Counted from the stretch's first letter, positions 9,992 to 20,441 are shown. The stretch is DNA of 62,753 bases from Clostridiaceae bacterium (GCA_012838355.1 DUPJ01000013.1:1-62753), one strand, 5' to 3'. Numbers and translations are program-made. The notes: generated from the letters alone by a model not told the origin.

Positions 9992-10549
9992 TCAGGCACG
10001 CTCCATGTACTGTCCGGTGCGTGTATCAATGCGAATAATCTCGCCCTGTTCGATAAAGAGGGGAACTTTTACGACATGTCCCGTTTCCAGCGTCGCATTC
10101 TTGCTCGCATTGTTGGCGGTGTCGCCGCGCACTGCCGGCTCGGTTTCGACGATTTCAAGTTCAACAAAAATCGGCGGTTCAACGTTGATGATGTCGCTCT
10201 TGTAAGACAGGATCTTGCAGACCGTTCCTTCTTTCAGGTACGGCAGCACGCCTTCCAGCATGTCTGTCGTGAACGGCAGCTGCTCGTACGTTTCCGTATC
10301 CATGAAATAGTACAGATCGCCGTCCTGATACAGATAGGACATGTCGCGCCGCTCCAGCTGAGCCTGCTCAAACTTTTCCGACGGGTTGAACGAACGCTCC
10401 ACCACACTGCCAGTCTTGACGTTCCGGTATTTGGTGCGGACGAACGCGGCACCTTTGCCCGGCTTAACATGCTGAAACTCGACCACCTGAAATAATTGCC
10501 CATCCATCTCGAACGTTATTCCATTGCGGAAATCTCCCGCACTGATCAT
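9992..10549 (-). CDS. efp: translation elongation factor P
   Basis: Trimmed to [17 protein letters not shown], with a GGAGG RBS 7 nt upstream. The [12 protein letters not shown] loop is present. Confidence 0.93.
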   Translation of the reverse strand: MISAGDFRNGITFEMDGQLFQVVEFQHVKPGKGAAFVRTKYRNVKTGSVVERSFNPSEKFEQAQLERRDMSYLYQDGDLYYFMDTETYEQLPFTTDMLEGVLPYLKEGTVCKILSYKSDIINVEPPIFVELEIVETEPAVRGDTANNASKNATLETGHVVKVPLFIEQGEIIRIDTRTGQYMERA

Positions 10550-10600
10550 ATGTATCCTCCTCGTTGAACGGCTGCATGGCAACCGTAATCGATCCTCAGT

Positions 10601-11197
10601 TTACGGCATTTGCCGGGGCATGTAAACGGAAACGGCCGGTGCTGCAGGTACACCGGCATGCCCCTTCCGGTCAAGCCACGTGACGATCGCTTCGCCGGCG
10701 CGCTTCAGCCGAATCGTCACGAGCTCATGCCTGTCCCGCCGGCTGACCAGCAAGGCGCGCACACCAAGCCGATTTGCCGACCAGACATCGGTAAACAGCT
10801 GATCGCCCGCCACGAGAACCTCTTTCGCCTGAAGCCCCCTCCGCTTCAGCTCGGCGGACAAGGCAGCCGGATCCGGCTTGGAGACGCCGGGCACTGCGTC
10901 GATCCCGAGCGCTTCGGCGAACCTTTGATCTCGGTTCAGGGCTGCATTCGAGTAAAGGCAAACCGCCAGCCCGGCACGCTGCATGACGGCAACGGCTTCG
11001 CGCGCATAGCGGTCCGGCTTGTCGCTGCCGTGAACGGCGAGCGTATTGTCGAGATCAACCGCGATCAGGCGGATACCCGCCTGAGCGAACCGGGGCCAGT
11101 CCACCAGCCGCAAATCATCGGTCCGGTAAGCCGGCAGCCACTGAGGGAACATCACTGATCTGTTGGGGCGGCGTTCATTTTCGGTTGTATCCGGCAT
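10601..11197 (-). CDS. yqeG: YqeG-family HAD-IIIA phosphatase
   Basis: 198-aa ORF with the HAD motif I DLDNTL and a GDQLFTD motif. Confidence 0.7.
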   Translation of the reverse strand: MPDTTENERRPNRSVMFPQWLPAYRTDDLRLVDWPRFAQAGIRLIAVDLDNTLAVHGSDKPDRYAREAVAVMQRAGLAVCLYSNAALNRDQRFAEALGIDAVPGVSKPDPAALSAELKRRGLQAKEVLVAGDQLFTDVWSANRLGVRALLVSRRDRHELVTIRLKRAGEAIVTWLDRKGHAGVPAAPAVSVYMPRQMP

Positions 11198-11233
11198 GGC
11201 CGTATTGTATCATGCGCTTCATGAGGAAAGTCC

Positions 11234-12598
11234 ATGATCGTCTGTAAATTCGGGGGCACTTCACTCGCTGATGCCGTTCAAATCGACAAGGCCGCTGCCA
11301 TCATGATGAGCGACCCGCGACGCGGTATCATGGTCGTATCGGCACCCGGCAAGCGTTTTTCCGCTGACACGAAGGTTACAGACCTTTTATTCCAGCTGGC
11401 CGAGCTTGCCTACAGCCGTCTCGACACGGAAGCTGTCATGGCGGCAGTCAGGGACAGGCTTGTCGCCATGGTTCTGGATCTCGGCTTGAAGCTCGAGATC
11501 GCGCATTCGCTGAACCAGACACTTGCCGCCCGCCTGCTGCGCCGCGATCTGCCCCGGCGCGAATTTTACGACCAGATCGTGGCGTTCGGCGAAACGTGTT
11601 CCGCCCGCATCATGGTGCAGTATCTGCGCAGCCTGGGACGCGATGCCCGTTTTGCCGACCCGGTTTCACATGGACTCCTGCTCCATCTTGAACGCGGCCA
11701 CACCGTGATTGATGAACGCAGCTATGCCGCACTGGCTCTGTCGCTGCTGCCGCGAAAGGACCGCGAAATAATCGTCTTTCCCGGCTTTTACGGCGGCGAT
11801 GAAAACGGTCACATTCTGACGTTTTCCCGCGGCGGATCGGATATCTCCGGTTCGGTTGTGACAGCTGCGGTCGATGCTGAACTCTACGAAAACTGGTCAG
11901 ATGTGGACCACGTTTATGCGGTCAATCCTAACCTGGTGCCAAATCCGTGTCCGATCCATGAAATGAGTTACCGCGAAATGCGTGAGCTCGCCTACATCGG
12001 CTTTACAATCGTCCATCCTGAGGCACTGCAGCCGGTGTTTCTGAAAAAAATCCCGATCGCCGTCAAAAATACGAACAAACCGCAGGGGGTCGGCACGCGC
12101 ATTGTCGCCGACCGCGGCCACATCACGCACCCTGTGACCGGCATAGCCGCAGCCGACCACTTCTGCGCCATCAGTCTGCGCAAAGTCCTGATCAACCATC
12201 AGGTCGGGATTCTGGCATCCATCCTTAACGTATTTGCCGATGAGGGCGTCTCCGTCGAGCACGCGCCAACGGGCATAGACTCCGTCAGCATCGTTGTCAG
12301 GGAAGTCAATTTCCCGCCGGAGAAGGAAGAGCGCGTCCTTTCGCAGCTGAAGGCCCTCGGCTTTGTTGCCCCTGTTGTCGCCAGAAACCTGTCGTCCGTC
12401 ATGCTTGTCGGCGAAGGCATGCTGGACAGCATTACGGTCGTGTCACGAGCAGCCGAAGCCTTGGCCAAGCAGCGGATATCGGTAGAGGTCATGCTGCAGG
12501 ACTACTATGAAATATCGATTCTCTTCATGATGTCAGAAGCGGAGCGGGAACGAGCCGTTCCGGCACTGTACGCCGAATTTTTCGCAGATTGCCATTGA
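11234..12598 (+). CDS. aspartate kinase
   Basis: 454-aa ORF with N-terminal MIVCKFGGTSLAD, an amino acid kinase fold and C-terminal ACT-like repeats. Confidence 0.85.
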   Translation: MIVCKFGGTSLADAVQIDKAAAIMMSDPRRGIMVVSAPGKRFSADTKVTDLLFQLAELAYSRLDTEAVMAAVRDRLVAMVLDLGLKLEIAHSLNQTLAARLLRRDLPRREFYDQIVAFGETCSARIMVQYLRSLGRDARFADPVSHGLLLHLERGHTVIDERSYAALALSLLPRKDREIIVFPGFYGGDENGHILTFSRGGSDISGSVVTAAVDAELYENWSDVDHVYAVNPNLVPNPCPIHEMSYREMRELAYIGFTIVHPEALQPVFLKKIPIAVKNTNKPQGVGTRIVADRGHITHPVTGIAAADHFCAISLRKVLINHQVGILASILNVFADEGVSVEHAPTGIDSVSIVVREVNFPPEKEERVLSQLKALGFVAPVVARNLSSVMLVGEGMLDSITVVSRAAEALAKQRISVEVMLQDYYEISILFMMSEAERERAVPALYAEFFADCH

Positions 12599-12599
12599 G

Positions 12600-14435
12600 T
12601 CACGGCCGTTTCGCGTAATCGATTATGCGACTCGTGTCAAAATAACGGTCAAAGCGCGTGGCCGTCGGATTTCTAAGCGCATCGCCGCCCGCCAGATTCA
12701 TATCCATGTGGGTATAGCCGTCGCCGTAAGCAAAGTAGGCGATGGTCCCGTGTGCAAGCAGCCTTGAGTACCCGAGCTGGACGAGCAGGGACGTTTTTTC
12801 CGAAACGGTATTGACATGGCGTCCGCCCGGATAGGAAAAGGTTCTCAGTTCGCCCAGAAATGGTCCCAGAACCGCCTTGAATAACTGGTCGTCTTCCCGG
12901 ATTGCATCGACCGTGACGTCTGGCAAATTTAAATCGCCATACGTGTTCGATGCAAACTGATAGCCCATGAGACGCAGACGGTCTGCCACCGCTTTTGCAT
13001 CCGTCCGCTCCGCCTCAATCTGTTCATCATTAAGCAAAACCGGGGCCATCCCGTTCATCGCGCGCTGTTCGTTTTTCAAAATGGCCTGCGCCGGATTGAG
13101 GACGTAGCCGAACAAACCGTACTGCCCGGTGACGGCGATCGTTGCTTTCGCACCGTTGAACGAAAAATCCGGATAGTCCCGAATAAACGCTTCCAAAATG
13201 GATACGGCATCACCGTCCTTGATCGGCTGCACCGCCCCGTCATCACCGATCAGGGCACCGGTGACGCCGTCTTCACCGTCCAGAACAAGGCGGTCAATCG
13301 TGCCGGCCAGCGAGCGCGTCGCCGCAAAATGGAAGCTGTCAAAGACGAGCACCAGCGGTTTCTTCCCCTCGGGAATGCTGAAGGCTTTGAATTTTCCGCC
13401 AGCGGTGATAAAGGCGTCGTCCGAGACCAGCACATAGCCGTTGTCGTAGAGCGCTTTCAGCATCGCCTGAAACTCACCTGCCAAAAGCAGAAAACGGTCA
13501 TTCGCCTCGGCATAGCGGTTGCCCGCAAATGCCTTTTCGGCGTCGGCAATCAAGGGTCTTACAGCGATGTGATCGACCGGCAGATCCCATGTCGAAAAGG
13601 ATTTCGGCAGATGAGCGTCGGCTTCCACGTTGAAATTCAGGAGTTCGGCGTCGTACGGAAAAATCGGCAGAATAACATTCAGCAGCTCTCTCGCCGAATA
13701 GTACTTCTGCTGTTCCAGCAGAAACGACACATTGCGAATCGTCTCAGAAAGCAGATTTTCCCGCGCCTCTTCTGCGCGTGCTTCAATATAGCCAAGCGTG
13801 AAATGGGACATGCTGCGGTCATTTTGAAGCTGTTCCCACTTTCTGGTCGCATCAAGCCAGCTGGAAGCCGCCATAAGGGCTTCAGCCTCAGCTATTTTCG
13901 GCCTGGCCGCAATCATGGCGTCATGCTCATTTTCGACACGTCCGTACGTCTGGTAAACGACGTCAATCTGAAGCGTCTCATCAAGCATGTGCCGCATTTC
14001 CTCATCGCTGTAGCTGCCGCTGAGATACTTATAGGTATAAGCAACGAAAGCATCCAGCAGCGCATTGGTGCTGAGAGTGTCAAATATCGTGAAGAAGTCG
14101 CGGTCATCAGCGCTCAAAACGGCACCGTTTGCTATCTTGTCGAAACGTGAAGCCGCTTCCGAGGCGATCGTTTTCTCCACGAGATCCGCCACGGCGTCGG
14201 CCTGAATCTGCCGTTCCGATCCTTCCGGTGCCTGATTTCGCTCTTCCAGAGCTAATTGATACAAGTCGACCACGCCGGCCCGGTCACCGGCGGCATAAGC
14301 CGTTTCGAATGCCGCTTCGGTGACAAGCGGCCGCCAGTAGATTCTGGTGGCGACATAGACGGCCGCGATGCCCGTCAGCAGGATGACGACCAAAAGGATG
14401 ACGAGCGGTCGCCGCAGCCGGTGAATACTATTCAT
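12600..14435 (-). CDS. membrane-anchored extracytoplasmic protein; C-terminal half resembles a polysaccharide deacetylase (NodB-like); function unknown
   Basis: Trimmed to MNSIHRLRRPLVILLVVILLTGIAAV, which has one N-terminal TM helix. The C-terminal region has FSYPGG and HGT stretches that recall the deacetylase fold. The ATG overlaps the stop of the upstream topoisomerase gene by 8 nt. Confidence 0.4.
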   Translation of the reverse strand: MNSIHRLRRPLVILLVVILLTGIAAVYVATRIYWRPLVTEAAFETAYAAGDRAGVVDLYQLALEERNQAPEGSERQIQADAVADLVEKTIASEAASRFDKIANGAVLSADDRDFFTIFDTLSTNALLDAFVAYTYKYLSGSYSDEEMRHMLDETLQIDVVYQTYGRVENEHDAMIAARPKIAEAEALMAASSWLDATRKWEQLQNDRSMSHFTLGYIEARAEEARENLLSETIRNVSFLLEQQKYYSARELLNVILPIFPYDAELLNFNVEADAHLPKSFSTWDLPVDHIAVRPLIADAEKAFAGNRYAEANDRFLLLAGEFQAMLKALYDNGYVLVSDDAFITAGGKFKAFSIPEGKKPLVLVFDSFHFAATRSLAGTIDRLVLDGEDGVTGALIGDDGAVQPIKDGDAVSILEAFIRDYPDFSFNGAKATIAVTGQYGLFGYVLNPAQAILKNEQRAMNGMAPVLLNDEQIEAERTDAKAVADRLRLMGYQFASNTYGDLNLPDVTVDAIREDDQLFKAVLGPFLGELRTFSYPGGRHVNTVSEKTSLLVQLGYSRLLAHGTIAYFAYGDGYTHMDMNLAGGDALRNPTATRFDRYFDTSRIIDYAKRP

Positions 14436-16674
14436 GCTCGTCGTCGAAGGCAAGCTGCCTCGACTCCAGCAACGCATCCTTGACGGGACGGCCGGCCGCC
14501 GGCACCTTCTTCACCCTGAATGATTGTGCTTTCAGCCGTTCGAATGATGCGGCACGTCTCACCAGCTGCACCTCATGACCTTTGCTCAGGCGCATCATTT
14601 GAACGCCCTGTGACGTGCGGGTCACCTTTTCCGGAATCAGGTCGGTCGAGAGGACGGCGAGCTTGCCGTTGGTCGATACAAATGCCAGATCATAAGGTTC
14701 GCTGCCGACAAAGTCGGCGTACGCCAGCGGCGATTTATCGGAATAAGCTGATACCAGTTTGCGGCGGTTGGACTTTGTCTCGTAGCGGTCGAGCGGCACG
14801 CGCAGCGCCTTGCCGTTTTCAAAGCAAAACAGCAGATGCCCCTGATATCGGTCATCCAGAGGCAGCATAAATTCAATCTTTTCGCCTGGATCAAGCTCCA
14901 GCAGATTCGGGGTGTACTCGCCGAACTCAGAGGGCTTGTGGTCAACTACATCGTATAGCGCCAGGCGGTATGCATTCGCCCGGTTGCTGATAAACAGCAC
15001 CTCTGTCTTGTTGGTCGCTTCATATTCCAGGCGAATGCGGTCGCCTTCCTTCAGCTTCAGATCGGCACCGGTGCGCAGCGACGTGAGCGCCAGTTTTTTC
15101 AGATAGCCCTCATCCGTCAAGTAGACACGGACGTTGTAGTCCTCGATCAGATCCTGCTTCGTGAATGTCTTCAGCTCTTCTTTGTCAATCAGAATCGTCT
15201 TGCGCTCGCGTCCGTACTTTTTCGCAATGTCGAGCAGTTCACCCCTGATCTTCCGATCGATTCGCCGCTTGCTTGCCGCCAGCTGGCGGAGCGAATCAAT
15301 CTCCTTTTCCAGATCCGAGATCTCCGACGTGCGCTTCAGCAAAACTTCACGGTTCAGCTGCCTGAGCCGGATCTCAGCCACAAATTCTGCCTGCCGCTCA
15401 TCGATCTGAAATCCCGCCATGAGCCGCGGGACGACTTCCTTTTCGCGTTCGGTTTTGCGGATGATGGCGATGGCCAGATCAATATCAAGCATGATCAGCT
15501 GAAGCCCGTTCAGCAAATGCAGCCGGTCCTCCAGTTCTGCCCTGCGGTGATCCGCCTCACGGCGCACGCACGTGCGCCTCCAGGCGAGCCAGGACTGCAT
15601 GATTTCGCGGACACCGAGCACTTTCGGCGTATCCTCGATCAGCACATTGAAATTCGCCGAAAACCCGCTTTGAAGTGATGTCATCCTGAGCAGTTTTTGC
15701 ATCAGGAGCTCAGGATCAACGCCGCGCTTGTACTCCAGACTGATCGACAGACCATTCAGGTCCGTCTCGTCGCGCACATCGGACAGATCGCGAATTTTGC
15801 CTGACTTGGCCAGCGCCGTGATCTCCTCGATAATCGCTTCAATGGTTGTCGTATACGGAATTTCAGTGACCAGAATGCGCTGCGCTTTCTTGTCGATCGA
15901 AAACACGGCGCGCAGCTGGAATGTGCCGCGCCCCGTTTCATACACGCGGCGCATGTCGTCTTCGTCATAAAGGAGCCGCCCTCCCGTGGAAAAATCAGGC
16001 GCTGGCATCCACTTCAGCAGGTCGGCATCGGCATCATCGATCAGTGCGGCTGTCGCCTCGCAGACTTCCTTCAGGTTGAAGGAACAGATGTTGCTTGCCA
16101 TGCCGACCGCAATCCCCTGATTCGCATTCACAAGTACCGTCGGAAACTGAACGGGAAGCAGGACCGGCTCCTTCATCGTGCCGCTGTAATTGTCGACAAA
16201 ATCGACGCTGTCCCGGTTCAGTCCGGCAAACAGCAGTTCAGCGCTGGCATCGAGGCGCACTTCGGTGTAGCGGGCGGCCGCATACTGCATGTCGCGCGAG
16301 TAGATGCGTCCGAAATTCCCTTTGGAATCGATCCAGGGGTGAATGAGCGCACCGTTGCCGCGCGTCAGTCGCACCAGCGTTTCGTATATCGCCTGGTCGC
16401 CGTGCGGATTCAACGCCATCGTCTGTCCGACCACATCGGCCGATTTGGCGCGCGCTCCGCCGAGCAGCTTCATGCGATACATGGTATAGAGCAATTTGCG
16501 ATGCGACGGCTTGAAGCCGTCAATTTCCGGGATGGCCCGCGAAACGATCACACTCATCGCATACGGCATGTAATTCTCGCGCAGCGTTTCCGTGATGGGC
16601 TGCAGCGTGACCGCCGCAGCCTGCCGTGATTCTGGCGCAGCGATATCAGATTTTTTTCGCTTTTTAGAGGACAT
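14428..16674 (-). CDS. type IIA DNA topoisomerase subunit A (ParC/GyrA-like)
   Basis: Trimmed to MSSKKRKK. It contains YMPYAMSVIVSRAIPEIDGFKPSHRKLLY and the catalytic-Tyr region AARYTE. It follows and overlaps the subunit B gene. Confidence 0.85.
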   Translation of the reverse strand: MSSKKRKKSDIAAPESRQAAAVTLQPITETLRENYMPYAMSVIVSRAIPEIDGFKPSHRKLLYTMYRMKLLGGARAKSADVVGQTMALNPHGDQAIYETLVRLTRGNGALIHPWIDSKGNFGRIYSRDMQYAAARYTEVRLDASAELLFAGLNRDSVDFVDNYSGTMKEPVLLPVQFPTVLVNANQGIAVGMASNICSFNLKEVCEATAALIDDADADLLKWMPAPDFSTGGRLLYDEDDMRRVYETGRGTFQLRAVFSIDKKAQRILVTEIPYTTTIEAIIEEITALAKSGKIRDLSDVRDETDLNGLSISLEYKRGVDPELLMQKLLRMTSLQSGFSANFNVLIEDTPKVLGVREIMQSWLAWRRTCVRREADHRRAELEDRLHLLNGLQLIMLDIDLAIAIIRKTEREKEVVPRLMAGFQIDERQAEFVAEIRLRQLNREVLLKRTSEISDLEKEIDSLRQLAASKRRIDRKIRGELLDIAKKYGRERKTILIDKEELKTFTKQDLIEDYNVRVYLTDEGYLKKLALTSLRTGADLKLKEGDRIRLEYEATNKTEVLFISNRANAYRLALYDVVDHKPSEFGEYTPNLLELDPGEKIEFMLPLDDRYQGHLLFCFENGKALRVPLDRYETKSNRRKLVSAYSDKSPLAYADFVGSEPYDLAFVSTNGKLAVLSTDLIPEKVTRTSQGVQMMRLSKGHEVQLVRRAASFERLKAQSFRVKKVPAAGRPVKDALLESRQLAFDDEHE

Positions 16675-18646
16675 CAAGATCTCCCAGGTAGTCGCGTCCG
16701 TGCAATTCAATATAGCGTTTGCGTCCGGCCAGATCGTCTCCCAGCAGGACATCAAACATGTCTTTCATCGGTCCTTCCGCTTCCGGCATCACCGCAATCA
16801 GGCGTCTCGTTTCCGGATTCATGGTCGTCTGCCACATCATCTCCGGCTCATTTTCCCCGAGCCCCTTGGAGCGCTGCAGCTTTATCCGTCCCTCGCCAAG
16901 CCCTGCCAGAATTTTGGCCTTTTCCGATTCATTGTAGGCAAAATGCGTTTGTTCCAGCTGCCTCGTGGCATGCGTGATTTCATAGAGCGGTGATTCTGCA
17001 ATAAAAACTTTGCCGGCTGCGATCAGGCTCGGCATCAGCCGGTAGAACATGGCAAGAATCAGTGTCCTTATTTGAAAGCCGTCAACATCGGCATCCGTGC
17101 ATATGATGATTTTTCCGAAACGCAAATTGTCGAGTGAAAATCCAGGTATGTCCTTCATGTGCTTGCCGCCGATTTCCACACCGCAGCCCATGATGCGCAC
17201 CAGATCGACGATGATCTGATTTTTGAATATGGCGGCATAGTCCGCCTTAAGACAGTTCAGAATCTTGCCGCGAAGCGGAATGACAGCCTGAAACTCAGCG
17301 TCACGTGCCATTTTTACGGATCCCAGCGCCGAATTGCCCTCAACGATGTAAAGCTCGCGCTGTTCGATGTCCTTGCTGCGGCAATCGACGAAGTTGCCAA
17401 CCCGGTTCGTGAAATCGGTGCTGCCCATCAATTTCTTTTTCAAATTGAGACGCTGCTTCTCTGCACTTTCGCGGCTCCGCTTGTTGATCAGGATCTGGTC
17501 GATAACCTTCAATCCCTCCTGCTGATGCTCAATAAACCAGATTTCAAGCGAGCTTCTTATCAATTCAGTCATGAATTCTTGTATGTATCGATTGCTGATT
17601 GCTTTCTTTGTCTGGTTCGCATAGGAGGTGACTGTCGAAAACGAACTGGAGATCAGAATCAGACTGTCTTCGATATCCTGAAACGTTATTTTGCTCTCGT
17701 TCGCCTTGTATTTTCCCGCTGCTTTGATCCAGCGGTCCACTTCCGACAGAAGGGCGCTGCGCACGGCCCGGTCCGGCGATCCGCCGTGCTCAAGCCAGGA
17801 CGAATTGTGAAAATAGGTGATCTGTGACGTGCGGCCGGAGAAGGCAAACGCGATTTCTGCAAGTACATTGTAGTCATCCTTGTCCTTGCGGTCCCGCCCC
17901 GTTCCCTCTCCCTTGATCAGGAAAGGCTTGGAAAGCCGATTCTCGTCCGACAATTCTGCGACATACCCGAGGACGCCGTCCGGATAGCAAAATGCCTGCT
18001 GCGTGTCGTCCAGCTTGTCGCTGAATTCGAACGTAATGCCGGCATTGACAATGGCCTGCTGCTTCAAGACGCGCTCAAACCATTCTTTTGGGATGGCGAT
18101 TTCCGTGAAGACTTCAAGATCCGGCATAAACCGCTGCGTCGTTCCCGTGCGCCTGCCTTTGAATGGCTCCTGCCGCAGGCCTCCGATATTCTCGCCCTTT
18201 TCGAAATGAAGCGTGTATTTCTGCCCGTCGCGCCAGACGGTGACATCATACCACGCCGATGCATATTGGGTGGCACAGGCACCCAATCCATTTAGACCTA
18301 AACTGTAAGCGTAGTGTCCGCCTTCCGTGTTGTAATATTTGCCGCCGGCATACAGTTCACAGAACACGAGTTCCCAATTAAACCGCTTCTCACGCGGGTT
18401 GTAGTCCAGCGGGATACCGCGGGCTTCGTCTTCGACCTGAATCGAATGGTCTGCAAAGCGCGTGATTTTTATCGTTTTCCCGTAGCCCTCTCTTGCCTCA
18501 TCAATTGAGTTGGAAAGAATTTCAAAAAAGGCTTGAAAGCATCCGGCCAGATCGTCAGAGCCAAATATGACACCGGGACGTTTCCGCACGCGGTCGGCGC
18601 CCTTCAGTGACGTTATGCTTTCGTTGCCGTATAGTTTTTTGGCCAT
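16664..18646 (-). CDS. type IIA DNA topoisomerase subunit B (ParE/GyrB-like)
   Basis: Trimmed to MAKKLYGNESITSLKGADRVRKRPGVIFG, with a GGAGGGG RBS upstream. It has a GHKL ATPase domain, a Toprim EGNSA motif and a TDADVDG motif. Confidence 0.85.
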   Translation of the reverse strand: MAKKLYGNESITSLKGADRVRKRPGVIFGSDDLAGCFQAFFEILSNSIDEAREGYGKTIKITRFADHSIQVEDEARGIPLDYNPREKRFNWELVFCELYAGGKYYNTEGGHYAYSLGLNGLGACATQYASAWYDVTVWRDGQKYTLHFEKGENIGGLRQEPFKGRRTGTTQRFMPDLEVFTEIAIPKEWFERVLKQQAIVNAGITFEFSDKLDDTQQAFCYPDGVLGYVAELSDENRLSKPFLIKGEGTGRDRKDKDDYNVLAEIAFAFSGRTSQITYFHNSSWLEHGGSPDRAVRSALLSEVDRWIKAAGKYKANESKITFQDIEDSLILISSSFSTVTSYANQTKKAISNRYIQEFMTELIRSSLEIWFIEHQQEGLKVIDQILINKRSRESAEKQRLNLKKKLMGSTDFTNRVGNFVDCRSKDIEQRELYIVEGNSALGSVKMARDAEFQAVIPLRGKILNCLKADYAAIFKNQIIVDLVRIMGCGVEIGGKHMKDIPGFSLDNLRFGKIIICTDADVDGFQIRTLILAMFYRLMPSLIAAGKVFIAESPLYEITHATRQLEQTHFAYNESEKAKILAGLGEGRIKLQRSKGLGENEPEMMWQTTMNPETRRLIAVMPEAEGPMKDMFDVLLGDDLAGRKRYIELHGRDYLGDLDVL

Positions 18647-18741
18647 TGCCCCTCCGTTCAACGTAAGATTGTCACACGCACGCGGGCCGTGGTCAAGCGG
18701 ATGCCGGCTGAGCCGCATGACAACGCGAGCCATTTCGCCTT

Positions 18742-18769
18742 TTGACAAATGCCGGACACGTGATACAAT
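18742..18769 (+). promoter_or_regulatory. sigma-70-type promoter for the tRNA-Gly/tRNA-Arg pair
   Basis: TTGACA (18742..18747), a 16-nt spacer, then TGATACAAT (extended -10; -10 hexamer 18764..18769). It lies about 30 nt upstream of the tRNA. Confidence 0.55.
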
Positions 18770-18798
18770 GGCCCTTGTCAGCCGAACGGGTGACACAT

Positions 18799-18872
18799 GC
18801 GGGTGTAGTTTAATGGTAGAACATCAGCCTTCCAAGCTGACCGTGAGAGTTCGATTCTCTTCATCCGCTCCA
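18799..18872 (+). tRNA. tRNA-Gly (anticodon UCC)
   Basis: I folded a cloverleaf by hand. The acceptor is GCGGGTG/CATCCGC with one G-U pair. The anticodon stem is TCAGC/GCTGA with loop CTTCCAA. The T loop is TTCGATT and the CCA end is encoded. Confidence 0.85.
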
Positions 18873-18893
18873 CTTTGAAATGACGGGCAAAAC

Positions 18894-18970
18894 GGGCATA
18901 TAGCTCAGCTGGACAGAGCAACAGCCTTCTAAGCTGTGGGTCGCAGGTTCGAGTCCTGCTATGCTCGCCA
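18894..18970 (+). tRNA. tRNA-Arg (anticodon UCU)
   Basis: GGGCATATAGCTCAGCTGGA D-arm, anticodon loop CTTCTAA, T arm GCAGGTTCGAGTCCTGC, and an encoded CCA end. Confidence 0.85.
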
Positions 18971-19026
18971 AATATGCCCGTCTTCCCTTTTTACGGGTTG
19001 CTCGGGGAGCGGCCCTTTTTTTTCTT

Positions 19027-20388
19027 CTAGTGTCCCACCATGGCCGCGTAAACATAGCCGATACGCCCGTCTTCGAGACGGATCAGCACCCAGCCGTCGA
19101 CAGGTTCGCTCAGTTTCCAGATCAGGTCGCCGCGCTTGACAGTGCCGAGCAGGCGCCCGCCGCCGCCCTCATGGTAGACCGTGAGCGAATTGACGTCGAC
19201 TTCCCATTCAATCTCATAATCGGTACTGAGCGTCACAACGCTTTCACCGCTTTCGGGCGTTACCACCAGAACCGTGGGAGCCGTCGTGGCCGTCTGCCTT
19301 CGGTTTCGCGCGATGAGCGCACGGCCGCCTGCGGCCACCAAGAGCAATAAGAGCAGCAGAAGGGCAAAAAAGACAATGCGTGACAGCAGTACCTGTCCCG
19401 GGAAAAGATTCATCAGCCGTTTGACGAGACCGCCTCCGTCACGTCCGAACGACGCCATGTCCTTCGTTTTCAAGCGGTCGAGCCGGGTCGTTCCGCGTTC
19501 ACTTTCAGCGAGCGTGCGGCTTCCCGAGGGATACGATCCGTTCTTTGATTCCAGCCTGATTTGAGTCGGCTCCGGCTCGACCAGATGGATCTTGTCTGAC
19601 GGTTTTTGCTTCGGTTCCGGCGGAGCCGCTTTAACGGGGATAAAAATGTTGCCGTTTTCCAGCCGCACAACCTTTGATTTCGGCAGATTGCCCGGAAACT
19701 GACGCTTCGATTTGAGTCCAAGTCCGTCCGTCGACTGATCTTCCTGTGTCCGCTGGATGTGAAAGGCCAGCCAGGGTTTGACCAGACCTTCGCCGTATGT
19801 CTCCGCGAGATCCGAAAGCTTGGCCATGACCGTCGATACTTGGCGCAGGGCTGAAAAGGTTTCGATTAACTCGCCGGCATCGAAGAGATCAACGAATTCG
19901 GGAGCGAGCACAAGCACATTGTCGCCGGCTTCGATATCGAACGAGTACAAGTCGAGACCAAAAAAACGAGGTGCACCTGCCGGCATGTCGATCGGCTGCA
20001 CACGGAACAGGCGGCCGGCCCGGTTCAGGTAGAGGCCGAAACGGGGTGCTGTGTAACAGACAAAGCGCGCCTCATCGATGAGGATCAGAAAATCGGCACG
20101 CAAATGTTCACGCTCTGCGGCTGACGGGAAAACGGCGAGCCCGCCCGTCTGCAGTTCCCGAAAGCAGCTCTCCCAAAGCCGCAGCTGATGCTTATCTTCC
20201 GCAATGGCGTTCGGCCGCTTGCGGTCTGTCATGATGCCGGTGACCATCTGTACACGACGGTTTCCGGTCATCACGTAGTTATGCTGTCTTTGCAACGCCA
20301 AACCGCCCAGGCTGCGATCGTTGATCTGAAAAGTCAACTCCTTCAGCGAAGCGGATGGTATATGAGCAGTTATGGTTGTTCGTATCAT
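19027..20388 (-). CDS. hypothetical bitopic membrane protein with C-terminal SH3-like domain
   Basis: 453-aa ORF. It has an unassigned cytoplasmic N-domain of about 215 aa, a low-complexity linker, one TM helix (IVFFALLLLLLLLVAAGG), and a C-terminus GDLIWKLSEPVDGWVLIRLEDGRIGYVYAAMV that resembles a bacterial SH3 domain. Confidence 0.5.
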   Translation of the reverse strand: MIRTTITAHIPSASLKELTFQINDRSLGGLALQRQHNYVMTGNRRVQMVTGIMTDRKRPNAIAEDKHQLRLWESCFRELQTGGLAVFPSAAEREHLRADFLILIDEARFVCYTAPRFGLYLNRAGRLFRVQPIDMPAGAPRFFGLDLYSFDIEAGDNVLVLAPEFVDLFDAGELIETFSALRQVSTVMAKLSDLAETYGEGLVKPWLAFHIQRTQEDQSTDGLGLKSKRQFPGNLPKSKVVRLENGNIFIPVKAAPPEPKQKPSDKIHLVEPEPTQIRLESKNGSYPSGSRTLAESERGTTRLDRLKTKDMASFGRDGGGLVKRLMNLFPGQVLLSRIVFFALLLLLLLLVAAGGRALIARNRRQTATTAPTVLVVTPESGESVVTLSTDYEIEWEVDVNSLTVYHEGGGGRLLGTVKRGDLIWKLSEPVDGWVLIRLEDGRIGYVYAAMVGH

Positions 20389-20441
20389 CTATGCCTCCGG
20401 TCGTCTGGCGGACATCGCCGCCCATACTGGACCGGAACCGC

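Noticed and set aside
11198-11233. Expected lysine riboswitch (L-box) or other leader upstream of the aspartate kinase gene
   Set aside because: The intergenic region to the divergent yqeG gene is only 36 nt, too short for a riboswitch.
18861-19139. ORFs 18861..19055 (-), 18936..19139 (+) and the first 29 codons of 21175..21930 (+)
   Set aside because: They overlap the tRNA-Gly/Arg and tRNA-Pro genes. The tRNA cloverleaves explain these sequences better.
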